A stretch of DNA of 64,000 nt from Bdellovibrionota bacterium FG-1. GTDB taxonomy: Bacteria; Bdellovibrionota; UBA1018. The stretch spans positions 1 through 64,000 of the forward strand of contig JBBCAW010000021.1 of assembly GCA_051382295.1 (NCBI GenBank), in the 5' to 3' direction. Below are positions 28,472-38,937 of the stretch, piece after piece. Made by a program: the position numbers and the translations under genes. Under the pieces are notes generated by a model that did no database searches, was not told the DNA's origin, and worked only from the letters and a program-made list of their open reading frames with translations. Every line of letters begins with the position of its first letter. Position 1 is the first letter of the stretch.

Positions 28472-29466
28472 CAAAAAGTAACCTGATACCCATCTGGCAA
28501 CACTGCGGTGTCGACCCCAATGAGAGGTCGACTTCGAAACTCTTGATGTCGAATAGGACAGGCCCCCATGGTGCACTGAGCACAGAGCTCTTGCATGCAA
28601 GGATCGACGTGCGAATGAAACTCGCCTTCGATCCCCGCTTGGCGCAAAACATGCGCGCCGTAAGCCTCGACAAGGTCATGGGCTTGGCGAACTGGCAAAA
28701 ACTCGGGCACCACGACATGCACGTCGACATGGGTAAATCGTCCTGAGCGCAAGGTGCGCAGGCCGTGAAGGGCCACGATCTCAGCGGGGCGGTCTGCATT
28801 GGCGGCGGTGACCAAGGCGGTGAGAATGGCCGGATTTTCAACATCGAGTAGCGCAGCCGCCGATTCGCGCACGAGTTTGAAGCCAATGTAAAAAAGCCAG
28901 CCGCCCATTGTAATCGCTAGCACCGAGTCGAGCCAGCGCCAACCGGTTAGCCAAACCACAGCCACCCCGATAACGAGGGCCACGGAAGTGATAAAATCGC
29001 TCATGACGTGATGCCCATCGGCTTCGATGGCGCGTGAACGAAGCCGTTTGCCCGTGCGGATCAGAAAAGCTCCCAGGAGTCCATTCAGTAGGCCGGCCCC
29101 GATGTTGAACGCTAAACCCAAATCCAGGCTTTTGAGCTCAGACGGGTTCATTAAGGACTTGATCCCTTCGAAGGCGATCAGCAAGGAAGCAAGCGTGATC
29201 AGGCCGCCTTCAAAAGCGGCGGAGAAATTCTCGATTTTACCGTGCCCATAGGGATGGTCTTCATCCGCGGGTTGTTCCGCAAAGAGAATGGCCCCGAGCG
29301 CAAAAACGGCTGCGGCCACGTTGACCGTGCTTTCGTAAGCATCTGACTTGAGAGCTGTTGAGCCAGTCATGGCATAGGCGACATATTTTAAGCCTAAAAT
29401 ACCTAACCCGGCGATAATCGAAATGAGCGAGGCTCGCAGGCGTTGTTGTCTATCTAAGTGGGTCAT
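28471..29466 (-). CDS. Cation diffusion facilitator (FieF-like) with Cys-rich C-terminal tail
   Basis: SDAYES, DEDHPYGHGKIE, ADGHH.MSD and HVDP motifs; tail C....C..C....C. Confidence 0.92.
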   Translation of the reverse strand: MTHLDRQQRLRASLISIIAGLGILGLKYVAYAMTGSTALKSDAYESTVNVAAAVFALGAILFAEQPADEDHPYGHGKIENFSAAFEGGLITLASLLIAFEGIKSLMNPSELKSLDLGLAFNIGAGLLNGLLGAFLIRTGKRLRSRAIEADGHHVMSDFITSVALVIGVAVVWLTGWRWLDSVLAITMGGWLFYIGFKLVRESAAALLDVENPAILTALVTAANADRPAEIVALHGLRTLRSGRFTHVDVHVVVPEFLPVRQAHDLVEAYGAHVLRQAGIEGEFHSHVDPCMQELCAQCTMGACPIRHQEFRSRPLIGVDTAVLPDGYQVTF

Positions 29467-32400
29467 TGGGTATTCTTTGGCATAAAGATGCGCTTCATGA
29501 TCGAACCACTCCAGTATCGGAAACGAGCAATAAATGAATAGGCGGCCGGAACCACTATGAGGGTCAGAAGAGTCGAGCTAATCAAGCCCCCAATAATGGC
29601 GATCCCCATGCTCGTGCGTTGCCGTGAGGCTTCGTTCAGACCCATCGCAATCGGGACTGTGCCTGCAATCAGAGCCATCGTGGTCATCAAAATCGGGCGG
29701 AGTCGGGTTCTGCCGGCTTTGAGCAACGCTGGGGTGCGGTCCATTCCCTGTTCGATGAGTTGATGGGTATAATCTACCAGTAGAATGGAATTCTTGCTAG
29801 CTACCCCTAAAAGCATAATCCCGCCAATCATCGAAAAAATATTCAACGACTGATGTGTAATCGCCAGGGCGACGAATGACCCACACATCGCGAGCGGCAA
29901 GGCGAGCATGATGGTGAAGGGGAGGACGAAAGACTCATAAAGACTGGCTAAAACCAGATAAATGAAGAGAATCCCAAACCCCATGGCGACCATCATATTA
30001 AAGGCTAACTCTTGAAAACTTTCAGCCTGGCCTACAAAAAGATACCGCATCCCCTGGGGGATTTTAATTTCGTTTTCCATGAGGTTTTTAATGTCGCTCA
30101 TGACATCTCCGATGCCGGCACCGGGTGCAATATCAGCAGAAATTTGAATTAAACGTCCTCGCTCCTGACGATCGATATTGGCTGGACCCGTGGTTTCAAC
30201 CGGAGTGGCAACATCGGAGAGTCGCACCAAATTAAAGTTGACGTTAGGAACATAGGTTTGTGCAAAACCTTGCTTGAGATTGCGCTGGGAGTCTTGAAGT
30301 CGCACGCGAACGTCATACTCTCGTCCAAGTTCTCGAAACTTGGCCGGTACTAGTCCCTCGATTTGCGCACGCAGTTCGAGTCCCAAGGCCTTGGAGGAAA
30401 TCCCCAAAGTCTTGGCGCGACTTTCGTCCAGCTTGACCTGAAATTCGGGTTTACCGGGCTTATAGGAGGTGGATACATCTTTGAGGCCAGGGTGTTTACG
30501 AAGGGCTTCGAAAGTCCTTGTGGCGACGTCTTCGAGTTGTTTCTGGTTAAGTCCGATAATATTGAGATTGAGGGGGCGTTGGCCGCCCCCTACTGCATCG
30601 AAATCCTTGACTGCCGGGTTAGCGAACGCAAAGGGCTTGAGTTGGCCTCGCAGTTTTTCTTTCATCTCAATCGTGTTGAGTTTGCGCATTTTGGCGGGCG
30701 TCAAATGGACGTAAAAATCTGCAAAATTAGGCTCTCCATCGCGCGAGCCTACCGTCATCGCTGAAATCTCGACCTCGTTATTCGCTCGAATGATGGTGTC
30801 TACTTTGTTCGCCACTTCGTTCATGGCATCCAAATTGGTTCCGGGCGGCAGATCCAAGGCGACTGCAAATTCACCGGCATCTTGGGGGGGTAAGAACGTC
30901 TTGGGCACAAATTTGATTGTGGCGCAGCTTCCCATGGAAATCACCAAGGTGAGGGCCAGGGTTTTGAGCGGATGTTTGAGTACCCCGCGCATCGTTCCCT
31001 CGTATCGATCTTCGAGCCAGGTTTGAAAGCGATCAAAGCCCCGTACGAGGGCACCCACCGTCTTTGACCAAATCGTATTGCTCTTTTTGTTGGGATGCGC
31101 ACTGCCCGCGAAATAGGCTGAAAGCATCGGAGCAATCGTCAAAGCGTCAAAAAGAGAGATCGCCATCGCAAAGCAAACGGTCAGACCGAATTGTCGAAAG
31201 AACTGGCCTACGACGCCCTTGAGGAAACCGACGGGACCAAAAACGGCCAGCACCGCCATCGTTGTGGCAATGACGGCGAGACGAACTTCGGCGGTGCCTT
31301 CGCGGGCCGCCTGCATGGGCGTTTTTCCCATTTCAATATGTCTGAAAATATTTTCACGCACGACAATGGCATCGTCAATCAAGAGACCTACCGACAACGA
31401 AAGCGCGAGGAGTGTCATGATGTTGATTGTGAAGTTGGCCAGGGCCATGAGGACAAAGGCCCCAATGAGGGAGTTAGGAAGCGCTAAGCCCGTAATAATG
31501 GTGGATCGCCCATTGCCTAAGAAAAAGAACACCACAAAAACGGCAAGTCCGATCCCAAGCAAAATGGATTCTTTGACGTCCTGAACATTGGCACGGATCC
31601 AGACGCTGGAGTCGCGAACCACCGTCAAGTGAGGTTGGCCGGGTTGGGTTTTCATTTCAGTGTTCACTTTGTCGATGGCTTTATTGAGCGAATCGACCAC
31701 CTGAATGGTGTTCGAGCCAGATTGTCGGAAGGCATTTAAGAAGAGTGAGCGGCTACCGTTGACATAGGCGCGCGAGGCTTCGTCCTCGAGGGTATCTACC
31801 ACGGTGCCTACTTGGCCCACGGTCGTCGGGACGTCGCTGCCAAAAAAATTGACGATGGTGCCTTGGATGTCGGCTAAAGAACTAAATTCGCCCATGGCTC
31901 GAAAGACGAGGTCTTGTTTGCCTGCAACGACTTTTCCTAGCGGGACGTTTTCGCCGGCGGATGCCAACTTAGAATAAACGCCAGTGGCGGAGATTTCGTG
32001 TGCTTTGAGTTTATTGCGATCCAGGGTGACGCGAATTTCGCGTTTTCGCCCGCCGATGACTTCGACGAGCCCCACTTGGTTGACCTGCTCGAGTTTCGGT
32101 CGGATGATGTCATCCGCCATATCAAAAAGCTGACCTTCAGGGAGGTTTGCCTTCAGGGCAAGTGTCAAGACCGGCTGATCGGCGGGATCAATTCGTCGAA
32201 TGACCGGTTCTTTGATGTCCATGGGCAGTTTGCGTTTAGCTGAGCCGACGCGGTCACGGATTTGCTGTTCCGCGTACTTGATGTCGGTTTCCATCGTAAA
32301 CTCGGCAATGAGGCGACTGACGCCTTCCTTATTGTTGGAGGTCAGGCGTTTGATTCCGGAGAGGGTGCTGAGTTCGTCTTCGAGTGGCTTGGAAATCAAG

Positions 32401-32582
32401 GTTTCGATTTCCGAGGGGCCCGCGCCGGGATAAACTGTGGTGATGGTGACCACCGGGAAGGTGACATCGGGAAATAGGTCCACGCCGAGGCGAGACATCG
32501 AAAGGAGTCCAACGGCGAGCATGAGGGTCACTAGGCAGGTAATGAAGACAGGCCGCCGAATAGAAAGATCTGCGAGATTCAT
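29463..32582 (-). CDS. RND efflux transporter permease (AcrB/HAE1-like)
   Basis: 1039 aa; SIRRPV, GLLIDDAIVVRENI, KNSILLVD and RLRPILMTT motifs. Confidence 0.96.
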   Translation of the reverse strand: MNLADLSIRRPVFITCLVTLMLAVGLLSMSRLGVDLFPDVTFPVVTITTVYPGAGPSEIETLISKPLEDELSTLSGIKRLTSNNKEGVSRLIAEFTMETDIKYAEQQIRDRVGSAKRKLPMDIKEPVIRRIDPADQPVLTLALKANLPEGQLFDMADDIIRPKLEQVNQVGLVEVIGGRKREIRVTLDRNKLKAHEISATGVYSKLASAGENVPLGKVVAGKQDLVFRAMGEFSSLADIQGTIVNFFGSDVPTTVGQVGTVVDTLEDEASRAYVNGSRSLFLNAFRQSGSNTIQVVDSLNKAIDKVNTEMKTQPGQPHLTVVRDSSVWIRANVQDVKESILLGIGLAVFVVFFFLGNGRSTIITGLALPNSLIGAFVLMALANFTINIMTLLALSLSVGLLIDDAIVVRENIFRHIEMGKTPMQAAREGTAEVRLAVIATTMAVLAVFGPVGFLKGVVGQFFRQFGLTVCFAMAISLFDALTIAPMLSAYFAGSAHPNKKSNTIWSKTVGALVRGFDRFQTWLEDRYEGTMRGVLKHPLKTLALTLVISMGSCATIKFVPKTFLPPQDAGEFAVALDLPPGTNLDAMNEVANKVDTIIRANNEVEISAMTVGSRDGEPNFADFYVHLTPAKMRKLNTIEMKEKLRGQLKPFAFANPAVKDFDAVGGGQRPLNLNIIGLNQKQLEDVATRTFEALRKHPGLKDVSTSYKPGKPEFQVKLDESRAKTLGISSKALGLELRAQIEGLVPAKFRELGREYDVRVRLQDSQRNLKQGFAQTYVPNVNFNLVRLSDVATPVETTGPANIDRQERGRLIQISADIAPGAGIGDVMSDIKNLMENEIKIPQGMRYLFVGQAESFQELAFNMMVAMGFGILFIYLVLASLYESFVLPFTIMLALPLAMCGSFVALAITHQSLNIFSMIGGIMLLGVASKNSILLVDYTHQLIEQGMDRTPALLKAGRTRLRPILMTTMALIAGTVPIAMGLNEASRQRTSMGIAIIGGLISSTLLTLIVVPAAYSFIARFRYWSGSIMKRIFMPKNTQ

Positions 32583-34045
32583 AGGTCTTCTCCGAAAAGT
32601 TTCATCTGAGTCAGAATTCCAAGAACTTCACTTTGAGTTTGGATGCGGTTGAGCTGAGCAGTGGCAAAATCAGATTCGAAAGTGAGCACTTGAAAAGCGG
32701 TGGACCTTCCGCTTTGAAGACGGTCTCGCTCATGAAAGAGCTTGGCTTCTTGAACTTTTTCAAGCCCGGCGGCTAATTCAAGTCGATGTTGAGCATCACC
32801 GAAACGCGCATTCAAGTCGAGCCAGCCGCGTTCTTGCTCAAAAAATTTGCGTTGATAGTTGAGAGCGGCGGCTTGTTCGTCTTTCTGATATCCAGCGCGG
32901 GTATTGGCCGGAATGCTCAGCGCCAGCGGAGCTTGAAATCGTAGGCCAATACTTGCTGCAGGATGAGTCAAAGCGGTGGACTGTGAAAACGCCGAGCCAA
33001 GGCTCGCATCTCGTCCATTCAGCGAAAGTGAAGCAAAGGCATCTAAATTGGGTTTTTCTCGCTCTTCCGCTGCTTGTGCCGCCGCTATAGTCGCACGTTG
33101 TTGTTGTTCGGCCGCGCGCACGTCATCGCGGAGTTCTGTCCGCTTGGGCGGCGTCAGGGTTTGAACCATTTGAGGGGTAAGTGTTGTTAATTGCTCGTTG
33201 ACCTCTTCGGTGGAAGACCCTCGTGAAGTATTTAAGGCGCGAGCGGCGGATCTTTCTTCGTCGCGCGCACGTTGCAGTTCAAGTCTGCGAGCACTGAGCT
33301 GGGCTTGTGCTTGAAGTTCATCGCTTCTATCGGCAAGTTGTAGCTTTGCGCGACGGGCGCTCCATTCGTAGGTTTTTTGCGCGCGGTCAAAATTTTCTTG
33401 GGTGAGTTGGACCGCTTGTCTTGCGGTGACTAAGCGCCAATAGGTGCCTTCAGCTTCAGCGAGCGAAGCACGTGCCGCAAATCTATTTCCAAAGCTCGAG
33501 GCCAGGGCTTGGGCTTCTATCAAAGTTTGTTGGGCTTGAACACCACGTCCAAAACCATTGCTCCAGAGAGGCTGGCTGATTTCAAAAGTCGTGGCCGTGG
33601 TATAAGCGCTTACGGCGCTCGAAAGGCCTGAGGTCGCAGAAGCTCCTGCTGCTCCCGCTAAGGCTGCAAAGAGGCCAAAATTAGGGTTATCCAAACTAAG
33701 GCTCATTAAAGAGTAAGAAAGCTTGGCTTGGGCACCGAAGCAGGTTTGTTGGGAAACGCCCAGAGAAATGATGCCTGAATTCTGAAAGTCATAGGTGTAA
33801 AGAGGGAGAGCCGGTGGGCGTCCATCATGGACGTATTGTAAGGAGGTAAAGGCCATCGGCATGGTAATCATTGAGCCTTCTTGCGAGCGAAGCTCAGCAC
33901 CCTTGGATCCCTCGATGGCTCCTTGAAAGCCGGTATTTCCCTGGCGAACTTGAGTCAAAAATTCATTTAAGGGCAGGACGACGGCCTGAGCGGCAGGGGT
34001 GAAGGCCCATAAAAATAGGCCGGTTATTAAAAAGCGAGGTTTCAT
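32579..34045 (-). CDS. TolC-family outer-membrane efflux protein
   Basis: Signal peptide; two OEP-like repeats (QPLW..G, YW.L, G.ST.F.VL); operonic with the RND gene. Confidence 0.85.
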   Translation of the reverse strand: MKPRFLITGLFLWAFTPAAQAVVLPLNEFLTQVRQGNTGFQGAIEGSKGAELRSQEGSMITMPMAFTSLQYVHDGRPPALPLYTYDFQNSGIISLGVSQQTCFGAQAKLSYSLMSLSLDNPNFGLFAALAGAAGASATSGLSSAVSAYTTATTFEISQPLWSNGFGRGVQAQQTLIEAQALASSFGNRFAARASLAEAEGTYWRLVTARQAVQLTQENFDRAQKTYEWSARRAKLQLADRSDELQAQAQLSARRLELQRARDEERSAARALNTSRGSSTEEVNEQLTTLTPQMVQTLTPPKRTELRDDVRAAEQQQRATIAAAQAAEEREKPNLDAFASLSLNGRDASLGSAFSQSTALTHPAASIGLRFQAPLALSIPANTRAGYQKDEQAAALNYQRKFFEQERGWLDLNARFGDAQHRLELAAGLEKVQEAKLFHERDRLQSGRSTAFQVLTFESDFATAQLNRIQTQSEVLGILTQMKLFGEDL

Positions 34046-34668
34046 AGTGAACTCCTTTTTTGAAAGAGCCCGTGAAGGTGAATCTCCAGAAAGTGTTCAG
34101 TCACGGATTGTCGATAGGTTTTGTTTTTGATTGTTTTGCCGAAAAATTTTTCGCTGATTCGATCCATTCGCATAAAATGGACCAGACTTCCAAATATCGC
34201 GGACGCGGCGATTTGAGCATCCAGTTCAGGTTTTAAAATCCCGGATTTTTGGGCCGTCACCATAAATTGAACTAAGGTTTCGAAGACCTTGAGAAAAGTG
34301 TTGCGAAAGATATCCTGGGCGATGGGCATTTCGAGGTCGCATTCGCGATGAAGGATTCGGGCGAGTTGGCTATCTTCGAGATGGGCCCCAAACATTTCCT
34401 CAACAAAAAGCTTCAGTCGCAGTTGGAACTCCTCTGGCGATTGGGGAGCCTGTAAAACTCGTTCGGCCACGGCCAGGCGGGCTCGGCCAAACTGCTCCAG
34501 GCAGGTGCGGTAGAGGTTTTCCTTTCCTCCAAAATGATAGCTAATGAGGCTCACGTTGACTCCGGCAGCCTCCGCGAGTTCTTTTACGCTGGTGCCGTCA
34601 AAGCCGCGTTCTGAAAAAAGGCGGGTGGCCGCCTCGATTAAACGATTGCGAGTGTCATCATGCGACAT
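34042..34668 (-). CDS. TetR/AcrR family transcriptional regulator
   Basis: LFSERGFDGTSV.ELA..AGVN.SLISYHFGGKE HTH. Confidence 0.95.
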   Translation of the reverse strand: MSHDDTRNRLIEAATRLFSERGFDGTSVKELAEAAGVNVSLISYHFGGKENLYRTCLEQFGRARLAVAERVLQAPQSPEEFQLRLKLFVEEMFGAHLEDSQLARILHRECDLEMPIAQDIFRNTFLKVFETLVQFMVTAQKSGILKPELDAQIAASAIFGSLVHFMRMDRISEKFFGKTIKNKTYRQSVTEHFLEIHLHGLFQKRSSL

Positions 34669-34700
34669 GGGTAAAAATAAAAATAAGAGGAATAGGGTAG

Positions 34701-34724
34701 AAAGTCAAACGAACGTTTAACTTT
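34701..34724. promoter_or_regulatory. Probable TetR operator
   Basis: AAAGTCAAACG-AA-CGTTTAACTTT near-perfect inverted repeat 32 nt upstream of the tetR start, containing a minus-strand TTGACT -35 box. Confidence 0.75.
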
Positions 34725-34788
34725 AATGAATGAGTATTTGACTTATATTCTTGGCTTTGCGGCAAGCCTAAGTGAGAATGCCCTCATC

Positions 34789-36360
34789 ATGGCAATCCCA
34801 AAAAATCTCTTTATCAAAAAAAATCTCAATCTTCTCATTCAAGACGCGGGTGATCCCAATGTTCAGGAAGGGCATGCAGGGGCGCCTCACGGAGCACTTA
34901 AGCGCACGCTGACCGCCTTTAATCTCATGATGCTCGGGATTGGTGGCATTATTGGAGCCGGGATTTTTTCGCTGACCGGGGCCGCAGCCGCAAATTATGC
35001 AGGGCCCGGGATCGTTTATAGCTTTTGCATTGGGGGGGTTCTTTGTGCTTTGGCAGGCCTTTGCTACGCTGAAATGGCAGCAATGGTGCCGGTATCGGGT
35101 TCAGCCTATGCCTATTCTTACGCGACACTGGGTGAGTTGATTGCTTGGATTATCGGTTGGGATTTGGTGCTTGAATACGCGTTTGGTGCGGTGACGGTTT
35201 CAGCTTCTTGGTCGGGTTATTTTTATTCTTTGTTTCATAAAACCTTAGGGTTTGATTTTCCGGATTGGGCGATTCGATTGACCAAAGGCCCCTGGGAACT
35301 TGTCACGCTCGGCGATGGTACTCAAGTCGGCGGCGTGTGGAATCTTCCGGCCACCTTTATTTCTCTTTGTATTATGGGGATTTTGATTCGAGGGATGCGT
35401 GAAAGTGCGTTTGTCAATAATATCATCGTTGTTGTCAAAGTGACGATTATTTGCGTGTTTATCGCTTTGGGATGGTCGGTGATTGATCATGCCAATTGGA
35501 TTGCCGATTCTTCCGTGACGGGTTTTTTGGCCCTGATTCCGCCTCGCGGCGAGGCGATGCGGGATGGTCATGCAATTGCAGCTTATGGCTTTCCAGGGGT
35601 TTTGACTGGAGCCGGCGTGGTGTTTTTCGCCTACATTGGGTTTGATGCGGTTTCTACAACCGCGCAAGAGGCTATTAATCCGAAACGGGACATGCCCATC
35701 GGGATTCTGGGTTCACTCGTAGTCTGCACGATATTGTATATCTTGATGGCTTTGGTTTTGACTGGTGTTGTTCCCTACAAAGAACTCGGTGTACCGGATC
35801 CAGTGGCCGTGGGGATTGACCGCATCGTTCAGCTGCGAGGTTGGTCGATTGGCGCCCAGAAAATTTTTACCTTTATCGTGAAACTCGGTGCGCTCGCGGG
35901 TCTCACTTCGGTGATTTTGGTCCTTATTTTGGGGCAAACGCGTATTTTCTATTCGATGTCGCGTGATGGTTTGTTGCCTTGGTTTCATAAAATACACCCC
36001 CATTTTCATACGCCTTATGTGGCTACGATTGTGACGGGGATTTTTGTGGCGATTTGCGGAGGACTTATGCCCATGAGTTTGGTGGGTGAATTGGTTTCTA
36101 TCGGGACTTTACTGGCCTTTGTTTTGGTTTGTGTGGGCGTTCCCATTTTACGAAAAACCCATCCAGACGTGGAGCGTCCGTTCAAGACTCCAATGGCGAT
36201 GATTGTCGGCCCCTTGGGCGCGATCGCTTGTTTGTGGGTGATGTCAGGCCTTCCGATGGATACCTGGATCCGAATGATTGTGTGGCTCGTGATTGGTTTT
36301 GTGGTGTATTTCGGCTACGGCATCAAAAATAGCCGCATTCGGCGCTTAAGCTCGAACTGA
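34789..36360 (+). CDS. APC-superfamily amino acid permease (CAT-like)
   Basis: GIGGIIGAGIF, GSAYAYSY, FFAYIGFDAVST and SIGTL.AF motifs. Confidence 0.95.
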   Translation: MAIPKNLFIKKNLNLLIQDAGDPNVQEGHAGAPHGALKRTLTAFNLMMLGIGGIIGAGIFSLTGAAAANYAGPGIVYSFCIGGVLCALAGLCYAEMAAMVPVSGSAYAYSYATLGELIAWIIGWDLVLEYAFGAVTVSASWSGYFYSLFHKTLGFDFPDWAIRLTKGPWELVTLGDGTQVGGVWNLPATFISLCIMGILIRGMRESAFVNNIIVVVKVTIICVFIALGWSVIDHANWIADSSVTGFLALIPPRGEAMRDGHAIAAYGFPGVLTGAGVVFFAYIGFDAVSTTAQEAINPKRDMPIGILGSLVVCTILYILMALVLTGVVPYKELGVPDPVAVGIDRIVQLRGWSIGAQKIFTFIVKLGALAGLTSVILVLILGQTRIFYSMSRDGLLPWFHKIHPHFHTPYVATIVTGIFVAICGGLMPMSLVGELVSIGTLLAFVLVCVGVPILRKTHPDVERPFKTPMAMIVGPLGAIACLWVMSGLPMDTWIRMIVWLVIGFVVYFGYGIKNSRIRRLSSN

Positions 36361-36378
36361 AACGGGGAGTACGTTACC

Positions 36379-38118
36379 TTGCGGAAACAGCTATTTCGGG
36401 TCAAACCGATTGATCAACTTCGTGCGGATGATGACCCCCATGGCAATGTGGGGGAGGGAATTAAGCTTCACCGATCCTTGGGGGTCTGGGATCTGACCTC
36501 GCTCGGAATCGCGGCGATTATTGGGGCTGGGATTTTCTCCACCATTGGTAATGCTGCTTTTGATGGTGGGCCGGCAGTGGTGTTTTTGTTTGTTTTTACG
36601 GCGATAGCGTGCGCGTTTTCGGCGCTTTGTTATGCTGAATTTGCTTCCATGGTGCCTATGGCGGGTTCGGCCTACACCTATGCCTACACGAGTTTTGGCG
36701 AACTGGTTGCCTGGATCATTGGCTGGGATCTCATCATGGAGTACGCCATTGGCAATATTGCAGTGGCAATTTCGTGGAGTGACTATTTTTGCAGTCTGCT
36801 CGCGGGTTATGGGGTCCACGTTCCTGGTTATTTCACCATGGATATGCTGAGCGCTCATCGGTCCTTTGAAAAAGTAGGCACATTTTTAGCCCAAGGAGGC
36901 ACGCTGGCCCGTGCGGCTACGGAGATTTCTTCCGCTTCGGTGGCGGGTTATGAGGCGTGGAGTACCGCCCCTCGTATTTTTGGGATCCCAGTAGTTTGTA
37001 ATTTGCCGGCGCTTCTCATTACTGTGGTCATTACAGCAATTGTTTATATCGGGATTCGTGAATCCAAGCGCGCCTCCAATGCCATGGTGGGACTCAAGCT
37101 TTGCATTATTGCAGCAGTCATTGTGATCGGCGCGTTTTATGTGCGCCCTGAAAATTGGATTCCGTTTGCCCCGAACGGGGTGAGTGGGGTTTTGAAGGGT
37201 GTTTCAGCGGTGTTTTTTGCTTACATCGGCTTTGATGCTATTTCTACCACGGCAGAAGAATGTAAAAATCCGCAGCGGGATCTTCCACGTGGGATGATTT
37301 ACTCGTTGGTGATTTGTACGGTTCTGTACATTTTGATCTCACTCGTGCTCACCGGAATGATTAGTTATAAAGAACTGCAAGTCGGTGATCCACTCTCGTT
37401 TGTTTTTGGCCCTAAAGGTGCAAATATTCCTTGGATCGCGAGCGTGGTGGCGATCAGCGCAGTAATTGCTATGGCCGGGGTTTTGCTCGTATTTCAGCTC
37501 GGCCAGCCCCGTATTTGGATGTCAATGAGCCGTGATGGTTTGCTTCCCCCGATTTTTAGCGCCGTCCATCCCCGTTTTCAAACACCGTGGTTTTCGACGT
37601 TGGTGACGGGCGCGGTCGTGGCGATCCCTTCGTTGTTTTTGAACCTAACTGAGGTGACCGATCTGACAAGTATTGGTACGTTGTTTGCTTTTATTCTGGT
37701 TTGTGGCGGGATTCTGATGTTGGAACATCATCAGCCCCACCTCAAACGCTCTTTTAAAGTGCCCTATGTGAATGGGCAATGGATTATTCCGAGTTTAAGT
37801 GCAATCGCCGTTGTTTTGCTTTTGGTTTTCAATCCGAGCGGGGTGGCAGATTATTTCAAGTTTCAAGGGTTCGAAAAATTTCTGAGCCATCTCCCGATGT
37901 GGGCCTATTTAGTTGGGATGGTTTGCCTGAACTGGCTTTGCATGAAGCACCGTCTCTCGCTGATTCCCTCTCTGGGGTTAGCAAGTTGCGGGTATCTGAT
38001 GACCGAGCTTGGCGTACTGAACTGGATGCGCTTTGGGTTATGGCTCGTGGTTGGCCTTACGGTCTATTTCGGCTATGGGTTCAAACGAAGTCATCTGAAT
38101 AAAGCGGCCACGGCGTAA
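36379..38118 (+). CDS. APC-superfamily amino acid permease (tandem paralog)
   Basis: GIAAIIGAGIF, GSAYTYAY and FFAYIGFDAIST motifs; TTG start after GGGGAG SD. Confidence 0.95.
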   Translation: MRKQLFRVKPIDQLRADDDPHGNVGEGIKLHRSLGVWDLTSLGIAAIIGAGIFSTIGNAAFDGGPAVVFLFVFTAIACAFSALCYAEFASMVPMAGSAYTYAYTSFGELVAWIIGWDLIMEYAIGNIAVAISWSDYFCSLLAGYGVHVPGYFTMDMLSAHRSFEKVGTFLAQGGTLARAATEISSASVAGYEAWSTAPRIFGIPVVCNLPALLITVVITAIVYIGIRESKRASNAMVGLKLCIIAAVIVIGAFYVRPENWIPFAPNGVSGVLKGVSAVFFAYIGFDAISTTAEECKNPQRDLPRGMIYSLVICTVLYILISLVLTGMISYKELQVGDPLSFVFGPKGANIPWIASVVAISAVIAMAGVLLVFQLGQPRIWMSMSRDGLLPPIFSAVHPRFQTPWFSTLVTGAVVAIPSLFLNLTEVTDLTSIGTLFAFILVCGGILMLEHHQPHLKRSFKVPYVNGQWIIPSLSAIAVVLLLVFNPSGVADYFKFQGFEKFLSHLPMWAYLVGMVCLNWLCMKHRLSLIPSLGLASCGYLMTELGVLNWMRFGLWLVVGLTVYFGYGFKRSHLNKAATA

Positions 38119-38132
38119 GACTGGAAACGGGG

Positions 38133-38792
38133 CTATCTTCGGTTCATGGCACCTTCATTCTTCAAATAAAAGGGCTGAATAGTCCCCGTATCTTCATCGA
38201 CGGATGGGTCAGGGGGGGCTTTAGCTTTTGGAGTATCCTCCGAGGATACTGCGGCCGGCGCGCGTTTTTCAGACTCGGGTTTGCCTTGAGCCAAAGCGGG
38301 GTGTCCGTCCGGATAAAGCTGGGTGGGTTCTGCTTCGAGGCGATAAGCCACGACGCCGTCTGAAAGGCCATTATTGGAAATGATGATCTTGTCGAATTCC
38401 TTTTCGCTGGGGTCACGGTAGGTTTTGAAGCCTTCTTGAAGGTCAATGCCGAGGATCGCCCGTCGAATGAGTTGGGTTTCTGGCGCGTTGGTAAAGCGGT
38501 ATCCAATCACCATGACGGGTCTGCCTTTATTTCGCTTGTCGAGTTTGAGTGCGAGTCCTTTGAGGCTACCACTGGGGTAAACGTGGACTTCGAGGTTGCC
38601 CTCCCATTCGATGACGTGCACTTTTCGGCCGGATTTTCCGGTACCGTCGAGGCGATCGTAATCATCAGGATCGTCTCCTGCTCCCGGGGCTCCCGCGATT
38701 GCTGACTGGGCGAGAGCGAGAACAAAAACAAAGAAAGTGGCAAAAAAGGTCACGAAGAACGTCGGACGGCGAGTGAGTTTTAGCGATGGCAT
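38133..38792 (-). CDS. Secreted hypothetical protein
   Basis: GAGG SD, signal peptide (AIA), globular core and a low-complexity C-terminus. Confidence 0.75.
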   Translation of the reverse strand: MPSLKLTRRPTFFVTFFATFFVFVLALAQSAIAGAPGAGDDPDDYDRLDGTGKSGRKVHVIEWEGNLEVHVYPSGSLKGLALKLDKRNKGRPVMVIGYRFTNAPETQLIRRAILGIDLQEGFKTYRDPSEKEFDKIIISNNGLSDGVVAYRLEAEPTQLYPDGHPALAQGKPESEKRAPAAVSSEDTPKAKAPPDPSVDEDTGTIQPFYLKNEGAMNRR

Positions 38793-38880
38793 GAGGTCCT
38801 CTGGATAGTTGAGCGGAGCGGTTATGTATTAATGATTGAACAACTCCAGGAGTTTGGGAATGTGTCATTTATGGCGCATC

Positions 38881-38931
38881 CATGGCAAGATTTCATGGCA
38901 GATTGACATGGCACATAATTTGTACTATGCT
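38881..38931 (+). promoter_or_regulatory. TA operon promoter with triple CATGGCA operator repeats
   Basis: TTGACA(38903)-N17-TATGCT(38926), 6 nt before the ATG; CATGGCA at 38881, 38894 and 38907. Confidence 0.75.
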
Positions 38932-38937
38932 TAGGCC

